A DNA stretch of 64,000 nt, from positions 3,630-67,629 of the forward strand of contig JAISAE010000056.1 in NCBI GenBank assembly GCA_031266875.1, in the 5' to 3' direction. The DNA is from Treponema sp. GTDB lineage: Bacteria; Spirochaetota; Spirochaetia; Treponematales; Breznakiellaceae. Shown in pieces: positions 57,519 to 64,000 of the stretch; the first letter of the stretch is position 1, and every line of letters starts with the position of its first letter. The notes beneath the pieces were generated by a model. It worked only from the letters and a program-made list of their open reading frames with translations. It was not told the DNA's origin and did not search any database. Made by a program: the position numbers and the translations under genes.

Positions 57519-59525
57519 ATGAGGTATCCACCGATAGTAAAAAAAATGCCCCATATTTTGCATGGGGGCGATTATAATCCTGACCAATGGATCAAGTGGA
57601 AGGATACGATTTGGAAGGAGGACATGCGCCTCGCAAAACTGGCCGGGATCAATACCCTGACGGTGGGGATGTTCTCCTGGGCCGCCCTGGAGCCGGAGGA
57701 AGGGTGGTACGACTTTGCGTGGCTCGATGAGCTGATGGACCTGCTGGCCGAAAACGGCATTGCCGCGGTCCTGGGGACGCCTTCCGGGGCGCGGCCCGCC
57801 TGGATGAGCCGGAAGTATCCCGAAGTGCTGCGGGTAAGCGCGTCCCGGGTGCGGAACATCCACGGGGAGCGGCACAACCACTGCCTTTCCTCCCCGGTCT
57901 ACCGGGAGAAAACCAGGGCGATTAACGAGAGGCTGGCGCGTCGGTATAAGGATCATCCCGCCCTGGCGGTTTGGCACATCTCCAACGAATATTCCGGGGA
58001 GTGCCATTGCCCCCTCTGCCAGGCCAAATTCCGGGAGTACCTGAAAAACCGCTACAAGACCCTGGACGCCCTGAACGAGGCATGGTGGACAACTTTCTGG
58101 AGCGCGGCGGTCGGCGATTGGGAGCAGATTGAAAGTCCCGGCAGCCCCGGCAACGGGGGCCACAACGGACTCAAGCTGGATTGGCGGCGCTTTACCACCG
58201 AGCAGTTTGTGGATTTTTACCTGAACGAGGCGGCGCCCCTCAAGGAGATTACCCCGGATGTTCCCTGCACCACCAACCTTATGGCTTCTTATACGGGGAT
58301 AGACTACGCCCGCTTTGCCGAGGTCCTTGACGTGGCTTCCTGGGATTCCTACCCCCGGTGGACCAGCGCGGAGGGCAACGGCGAAATTGGGCTGCTGACT
58401 TCCTATCACCACGATCTGATGCGGGGCCTTAAACTCAGGCCATTCATGCTGCTGGAATCCTGCCCCTCCGCCACGAACTGGCGCACTGTGGCCAAGCTGC
58501 ACCGGCCAGGACTCCACAAGCTCCAGTCCCTGCAAGCCCTGGCCCACGGCGCGGACACGGTTCAGTATTTCCAGTTCCGCAAGAGCCGTGGAGGGCCGGA
58601 GCAGCACCACGGCGCGGTGGTCGATCACCGGGGGGACGAGCACACCCGGGTGTTCCGGGATGTCGCCGAGCTGGGGGACTGTCTCAAGGGCCTTGACGAT
58701 CTGGTGGGGACGGACACGCCGGCACAAGCGGCGTTAATCCACGATTATCAGGTGCGCTGGGCATTGGAAGACGCAAAGGGCTTTTTGCAAGAAAAAACCG
58801 GCTACGGGGAAACCCTGCTTGCGCACTACCGGGCGTTCTGGAAACGGGGCATTCCCCTGGATATTATTGATTCCCGGCAAAGCCTTGAAAAATACCGTCT
58901 GGTGATTGCCCCCATGCTCTACCTGCTGCGGGAAGGCACGGCGGAACGGATTGACCAGTTTGTCCAAAACGGTGGCGTTTTCGTTGCCACCTACGCGACC
59001 GGCTATGTAAACGAGAGCGCCCTAGCCTTCCTGGGCGGTTTTCCCGGCCCCCTTAAAGAGCCCTTGGGCGTCTGGTGCGAGGAAATTGACGCCCTGTACC
59101 CCGGAGAAAGCAACTCCATCGAATGGGAGGGCAGGATTTACCGGGCCTTCGACTTGTGCGAGCTTGTCCACGCGGAAGGGGCAGAGGTTCTTGGGACTTA
59201 CGGCAGCGATTTTTATGCCGGAACTCCCGCGTTGACGGTTCACCGCCGGGGGAAGGGGCGGGCTTACTTTGTCGCGGCACGGACCGAGGGAGACTTTCTG
59301 GATGCGTTTTACCGCCGGCTGACAGCGGAGGCGGGCATCCGTCCCCGGTTTGAGGAACTGCCGGAAGGGGTTACCGCCCAAGTCCGCAGCGACGGCACGA
59401 CGGATTTCGTCTTTCTGATGAATTTTACCAACGAGAAAAAGACGGTTCCGCCGGATCCCGGCAAAACCGGAATCGGACTTGAGCCTTTTGAGGTAAAAAT
59501 TCTGCGCTCAGAAACAAATTTGTAA
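57519..59525 (+). CDS. Beta-galactosidase, glycoside hydrolase family 42
   Basis: The ATG at 57519 follows AAGGAG. Sequence includes ..HGGDYNPDQW.., ..LAGINTLTVGMFSWAALEPEEGWYDF.. and ..WHISNEY.. Confidence 0.9.
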   Translation: MRYPPIVKKMPHILHGGDYNPDQWIKWKDTIWKEDMRLAKLAGINTLTVGMFSWAALEPEEGWYDFAWLDELMDLLAENGIAAVLGTPSGARPAWMSRKYPEVLRVSASRVRNIHGERHNHCLSSPVYREKTRAINERLARRYKDHPALAVWHISNEYSGECHCPLCQAKFREYLKNRYKTLDALNEAWWTTFWSAAVGDWEQIESPGSPGNGGHNGLKLDWRRFTTEQFVDFYLNEAAPLKEITPDVPCTTNLMASYTGIDYARFAEVLDVASWDSYPRWTSAEGNGEIGLLTSYHHDLMRGLKLRPFMLLESCPSATNWRTVAKLHRPGLHKLQSLQALAHGADTVQYFQFRKSRGGPEQHHGAVVDHRGDEHTRVFRDVAELGDCLKGLDDLVGTDTPAQAALIHDYQVRWALEDAKGFLQEKTGYGETLLAHYRAFWKRGIPLDIIDSRQSLEKYRLVIAPMLYLLREGTAERIDQFVQNGGVFVATYATGYVNESALAFLGGFPGPLKEPLGVWCEEIDALYPGESNSIEWEGRIYRAFDLCELVHAEGAEVLGTYGSDFYAGTPALTVHRRGKGRAYFVAARTEGDFLDAFYRRLTAEAGIRPRFEELPEGVTAQVRSDGTTDFVFLMNFTNEKKTVPPDPGKTGIGLEPFEVKILRSETNL

Positions 59526-59706
59526 AAGAGGAAGAGTGGCAGCCCATGAAGTAAAGCGCGACGTCTACATGGGCACCACATCGTTGCCGCCGTAACAATG
59601 TTTCCATGCTTAAAGACAGGGGTGTTACGGCGCTTTTGATAGACGTCCGTCAAACTCGCGCATAACGCCTTGTGGACTCTTTCAGATTAGCTATACTAGA
59701 TAACCC

Positions 59707-62700
59707 ATGAACATTACCTTTGATGAAGATCAGTATGCGGCGTATCGCGCCGATAACAATGTGGCGGTGTCGGCGGGCGCGGGATCAGGGAAGACGACAG
59801 TGCTTGCCGAGCGTTATGTGCGGCTTGTTACTGAAGGCGGGCTTGCGATTAGTGAGGTACTGACACTCACGTTCACGCGCAAGGCTGCGGCGCAGATGTA
59901 TAGCCGAATCTTCACGCGGCTGTCGGAATCTACGCACCCGCTGGCAAAAGAACGACTCGCCCAGTTCGACCAAGCGCGGATTTCAACACTGGACGCCTTT
60001 TGTTCCACCATCACCCGCGGCGTGTCGTACCGCTACGGTATCTCCGGCGACTTCCGTATTGATGACCGCTCGCTCGTGCTGGCGGCTGAGGACACGGCGG
60101 TGGAGATAATTATGCGCCACCGCCACGATACGGCTATCGGAACACTCGTGGCGGCGCGTAACTTCGAGGCCATTGTTAAAGACCTGTTTGCGGGATTGGC
60201 GCTTTCGGTGTTCAGTTTTGTGGATTCCGACCTCGCCCTGCCGGTATTTGCCGAGGGCGAGGAGAGAACTTATGCAGCCCTGGGGAAGAAGCAGGCTGAC
60301 TGTATTGAGAAAGAAGCTGGTGTGCATATCGAGAAACTGAACGCGAGCCGGAACTATATCCTCAGCCTCACGGCGGAGAACGGCAAGGAGCCTGAGTCGC
60401 TCAAAAAGATAAAGGAGGCGCTGCGGAGCAGAGCGCCGCTGGAGCCGCTGTTCGATAAGGAGCATATTGAGGCGCTGCCTGACGTGGCTGAGCATTACCT
60501 TGATGGTATTGTCCTGCGTGGAAAAATCCCAGATGAAGTTAAAGAAGCGATCATTGATATGCGGGAGCAGTTCAAGGTCTTAAAAATTCTCGCCGTAAGC
60601 CTCCTGTTCCGCGAGGACATACCCGCGCTGGGGGCAATACTGGACGAGTATCGTCAGCTTTTTCTGGATCGCAAGCGACAAACCGGCCTGCTGTCATTTG
60701 GCGACACGGCGGAGCTGGCGGTGGACGCGCTCAAGACTGATATAGACCTGCGTTCTTATTATAAAGAATACATCAAGGCCATTATGATCGATGAGTTTCA
60801 GGATAATAACCGGCTCCAGAAAGACCTGCTTTACCTCATTGCCGAGCGCGACGATCGGGGCGCCCCCGGTATCATGCCGTCAGTACAAGACCTTGCCGCG
60901 AACAAGCTCTTCTTTGTTGGCGATGAAAAGCAGTCCATCTACCGTTTCCGGGGGGCTGATGTTTCAGTGTTTAACGGGCTGTCCGAAGAGTTGGCCAAAG
61001 TTCCGGCGACAGAGGTGTCAGAGGCAGGACTGAGCATACGAAGCGCGTCTCTGACACTCAGCACGAACTACCGTTCCACAGCGGAACTCGTTGGTTTCTT
61101 CAACGCCCTGTTCCCCGGCGTGTTTGGCGAGGCGAAAAAGCTCTTTGAGGCAAAGTTCTCCCCCATGCTAACCAGAAAGGAAAAGCAGGACAGCGTTTTG
61201 CCTGTAGAGGTGTATATCCAGGAACTGCGCCGTTCCGTTGTTGCGCCAGAGGATGAGATGAATAGCGAAGAGGAAAGCGCAAAGGAGGCTGGTGAAGCGC
61301 TGGCTGCGGCAAGGCGAATCATTGCGGGGGTGAAAGATAAGGAGTTCGCGTTTGGTGACATCGCGGTACTATTTAAGTCAACCTCGCACCAGAACGAGTA
61401 TGAAAAAACCTTCCGTCAGGCCGGAATTCCCTTTAGCGCGGCAGACCCGCGTGGGCTTTTTTCCGAAGGCCCAGCTAATGACTTCTACGCCATACTGCGC
61501 CTCAGCCTTTTCCCCCTGGATCGGAACGCATACGCTACGGTACTTCGCTCGCCTTTTGTAAAGCTGGATGATGAAAGCGTATTTCGTATCATGCTGGAAA
61601 AGCCGGATACGCCTCCCTTTCCAGCTGACCTGAATGAGAAGTGGTTTGCCGCCCCGGCTGAAAAGGCGCGTTATCTCCACGGTGCTGAAGTATTTCACAC
61701 CCTAGGCGCGATGCTTGATCTGCGCGGCATAGCCGCCGCTTTCGCGTATCTGTGGTATGAGAGCGGCTATCGCACCTATCTTTTGTATAACGAAGCAGCC
61801 AGAGATCTGCTTGAGCATTTTGAGTACCTGTACGCCCTGGCTTTGGACGCGGACAAGCGCCAGCTTTCCATGAGCGCGTTTCTTGACGAGCTTGCCCCGT
61901 TTATGGGAACCACGCAGAAGGCCGAGACCAGCGACATACCAGAACAGAGCGACAAGGCGCTGTTTCTCACGGTACACAAGAGCAAGGGACTTGAGTTCCC
62001 GGTGGTGATCATTGCCAATGCCGGAGTTGAGGACACGACCGTACAGAAGGAAAAGCAGAAGCCGTATTACCTTGACCCGCAATGGGGCGTAACCCTTAAT
62101 CTCAAACGGGACACTAAGCCTCGTGATGAGAACGCGGTGTTTAACTACTTTTTTGACTTGGGTGAAACTGGCAAGAAGCTGGTGCAGGAGCAAAGCGAGG
62201 CGGAACTCAAGCGGCTTTTCTATGTGGCCGCGACCAGGGCTGAGAAACGGCTGTTTATCTTTGGCAGCCGCGCCACAACCAAAGACGAGGAGCTTGCGCT
62301 TGACAACATGGAAGCCCAGGACCGGCTGGAGGCGCTTATCCGCATGAGGCGCGTGACGGGTAAAAGCGGCGAAGACCCGCATTTCAGGCAGAAATCATTT
62401 CTTGATCTTTTTACCTCTGGCGCAGCCGCCGCTACGTTGCCTCCCTACAGACTGGTGCCTATTAGGGTCCCAACAATAGACGAATATAAGGAAGAAACGC
62501 GGCGCTTGCATGATGAGGCATCGGCTCTTCTTGCCAGAGACAAGCCACCATCGCCTGAAACGGAAAAACTCACGCCGGCCCGCTTTTACAATACGCCAGC
62601 GCGGAACGAACCGCCTTCCCCGCGCCGCGCCGCAAGCCCTACCCGCATGGAGGAGCGTAACCGCGAACTGCACTCGGAAGACTATCGCCGGGGCGAGGAC

Positions 62701-63492
62701 CTGCAAGACTTTGACTGCCAGCGTTTTTTAGACCGTGCAGGCGATCCTGAGCAAACGCCGTTTGAAAGCGCGGATACCGCGCCTTCCCATGCCAATGAAG
62801 CCACGCGCCTTGCCTTTGGCACGCCGTTTGAAAGCGCGGATACCGCGCCTTCCCGTGCCAATGAAGCCACGCGCCTTGCCTTTGGCACGCCGTTTGAAAG
62901 CGCGGATACCGCGCCTTCCCGTGCCAATGAAGCCACGCGCCTTGCCTTTGGCACACTCTGCCACCGCGTAATAGAACACCTGCTTTCCGGTGATATATCC
63001 GATGAGTCGTGGCTAGAAGACGCGGCGCTTGAAGAGGCGCGGACGCTTTTCCCCGAAGCCCCGTTTGCCGATAAGCGCGACACTGGTCAGGCGCGGCTTG
63101 CCTTTGCACAAGAAGCTCTGCGCATAGCGCGACGCTTTATGGTGAGTGACCTGGGCAAGGAAGCCCTTGCCGCGAAAAACCGCCGAAGTGAGTTTCCCTT
63201 TATCCTGCCATTGGGAAGCGAAGCCAGCCGTGTGCTTGTACGTGGTTCCATTGACCTTATCTACGAACATAACGGCCGCTGTACAATCATTGATTTCAAG
63301 ACCGACAAGCACCTCAACATTGCGTCGCATCAGGTTCAACTTGCCTGTTACGCGCTTGCCGCTGAAGCCTTCTCCGGTCTACCCACGCGAACCGTGCTGG
63401 TCTACCTGCGCGAGTCAGATATGCCGGCGCGTGAGCTTGCGAGCAATATTGACGAGGCGCAGTTGATAGAACTTGCGCGTAGCCTGACGTAA
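59707..63492 (+). CDS. UvrD/PcrA-type helicase fused to a PD-(D/E)XK nuclease (AddA/RecB-like)
   Basis: 1261-aa ORF with Walker A AGAGSGKTT, helicase motifs (..IMIDEFQDNN.., ..TVHKSKGLEF..) and a C-terminal nuclease motif (..GSIDLIYEHNGRCTIIDFKTDK..). Confidence 0.88.
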   Translation: MNITFDEDQYAAYRADNNVAVSAGAGSGKTTVLAERYVRLVTEGGLAISEVLTLTFTRKAAAQMYSRIFTRLSESTHPLAKERLAQFDQARISTLDAFCSTITRGVSYRYGISGDFRIDDRSLVLAAEDTAVEIIMRHRHDTAIGTLVAARNFEAIVKDLFAGLALSVFSFVDSDLALPVFAEGEERTYAALGKKQADCIEKEAGVHIEKLNASRNYILSLTAENGKEPESLKKIKEALRSRAPLEPLFDKEHIEALPDVAEHYLDGIVLRGKIPDEVKEAIIDMREQFKVLKILAVSLLFREDIPALGAILDEYRQLFLDRKRQTGLLSFGDTAELAVDALKTDIDLRSYYKEYIKAIMIDEFQDNNRLQKDLLYLIAERDDRGAPGIMPSVQDLAANKLFFVGDEKQSIYRFRGADVSVFNGLSEELAKVPATEVSEAGLSIRSASLTLSTNYRSTAELVGFFNALFPGVFGEAKKLFEAKFSPMLTRKEKQDSVLPVEVYIQELRRSVVAPEDEMNSEEESAKEAGEALAAARRIIAGVKDKEFAFGDIAVLFKSTSHQNEYEKTFRQAGIPFSAADPRGLFSEGPANDFYAILRLSLFPLDRNAYATVLRSPFVKLDDESVFRIMLEKPDTPPFPADLNEKWFAAPAEKARYLHGAEVFHTLGAMLDLRGIAAAFAYLWYESGYRTYLLYNEAARDLLEHFEYLYALALDADKRQLSMSAFLDELAPFMGTTQKAETSDIPEQSDKALFLTVHKSKGLEFPVVIIANAGVEDTTVQKEKQKPYYLDPQWGVTLNLKRDTKPRDENAVFNYFFDLGETGKKLVQEQSEAELKRLFYVAATRAEKRLFIFGSRATTKDEELALDNMEAQDRLEALIRMRRVTGKSGEDPHFRQKSFLDLFTSGAAAATLPPYRLVPIRVPTIDEYKEETRRLHDEASALLARDKPPSPETEKLTPARFYNTPARNEPPSPRRAASPTRMEERNRELHSEDYRRGEDLQDFDCQRFLDRAGDPEQTPFESADTAPSHANEATRLAFGTPFESADTAPSRANEATRLAFGTPFESADTAPSRANEATRLAFGTLCHRVIEHLLSGDISDESWLEDAALEEARTLFPEAPFADKRDTGQARLAFAQEALRIARRFMVSDLGKEALAAKNRRSEFPFILPLGSEASRVLVRGSIDLIYEHNGRCTIIDFKTDKHLNIASHQVQLACYALAAEAFSGLPTRTVLVYLRESDMPARELASNIDEAQLIELARSLT
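62755..62952 (+). repeat. Three in-frame tandem copies of a 66-bp (22-aa) unit inside the helicase-nuclease gene
   Basis: The unit TPFESADTAPS[H/R]ANEATRLAFG occurs three times. Copies 2 and 3 are identical and copy 1 differs by one nucleotide. Confidence 0.95.
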
Positions 63493-63519
63493 CAGCAATT
63501 ACCAAAAGCGCCGTAAACC

Positions 63520-64000
63520 CCCGCACTCCAGCCTATAGTGGTCGACGCCTCCAGCTTAGAGTGGCCGACCACTCCAGCCTATAGTGGTCGACGCCTCCAG
63601 CCTATAGTGGTCGACGCCTCCAGCTTAGAGTGGCCGACCACTCCAGCCTATAGTGGTCGACGCCTCCAGCTTAGAGTGGCCGACCACTCCAACCTATAGT
63701 GGTCGACGCCTCCAGCTTAGAGTGGTCGACGCCTCCAGCTTAGATCACGACCACGCTCCAGCTTAGAGTGGCCGACGCCTCCAGCTTAGAGTGGTCGACG
63801 CCTCCAGCCTATAGTGGCCGACCACTCCAGCTTAGAGTGGCCGACCACTCCAGCCTATAGTGGCCGACCACTCCAGCCTATAGTGGCCGACCACTCCAGC
63901 CTATAGTGGTCGACGCCTCCAGCCTATAATGGCCGACCACTCCAGCCTATAATGGTCGACGCCTCCAGCTTAGAGTGGCTGACCACTTCAGCCTATAGTG
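63520..64000. repeat. Tandem array of at least 21 units of 23 bp (cgacCACtccagcCTATagtggY alternating with cgacGCCtccagcTTAGagtggY), truncated by the window end
   Basis: Units are in register at 63520+23k, with one indel-bearing unit near 63730-63770. The array starts 28 nt after the stop of the helicase-nuclease gene. Confidence 0.93.

Noticed and set aside
57318-58727. A 469-aa ORF antisense to the GH42 beta-galactosidase gene, and the idea that the GH42 gene is a GC-rich horizontal acquisition.
   Set aside because: The antisense ORF is Pro/Gly/Arg-rich, as expected for the reverse strand of a gene with GC-rich third codon positions. The compositional shift is only an impression, since other genes in the window (for example tuf) also show long antisense ORFs. 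I cannot compute GC or codon statistics here.

Overview
The window is a chromosomal segment that looks spirochaete-like, probably Treponema-like. This rests on EF-Tu and ribosomal protein sequences and on the secY-rpmJ-rpsM order without adk/map/infA; it is an inference only.

**Minus strand, 0.8-17 kb.** This region carries rpsL-rpsG, then tuf-rpsJ and the complete S10/spc/alpha ribosomal protein cluster down to rpoA-rplQ. fusA is absent.

**Rest of the window.** It is mostly housekeeping and accessory metabolism:
- proC, fabD-fabG-fabF, and a CapA-like lipoprotein
- a PilZ protein and an RlmM-like methyltransferase
- scattered Opp/Dpp-type ABC transporter parts, including one decayed ATPase pseudogene at the left edge
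- a class I Fic/VbhA toxin-antitoxin pair
- gatCAB fused in an operon with a short (archaeal-type) aspS
- an acyl-ACP thioesterase and an MBOAT acyltransferase with a partner gene
- an orphan iorA and two Gfo/Idh/MocA oxidoreductases
- a BspA-like LRR protein and tRNA-Phe
- two tandem Rrf2 regulators with an M19 dipeptidase
- ppx-ppk, a DUF1566 protein, DksA, a GH42 beta-galactosidase, and an AddA/RecB-like helicase-nuclease

**Most unusual property.** Five tandem repeat arrays lie in intergenic DNA, each with a strict 21-bp or 23-bp period:
- 25131-26390, 60 units of 21 bp
- 38457-38918, 22 units of 21 bp
- 48217-48699, 23 units of 21 bp
- 55975-56053, 3.4 units of 23 bp
- 63520 to the window end, at least 21 units of 23 bp

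Each array has its own unit sequence and is built from a few alternating unit variants. Some arrays appear to be amplified from short sequence modules that also recur as single copies just downstream of several genes. The 21-bp arrays generate many spurious heptad-repeat ORFs in the six-frame track. I cannot assign a function to these arrays, and they are the best candidate for something undescribed here.
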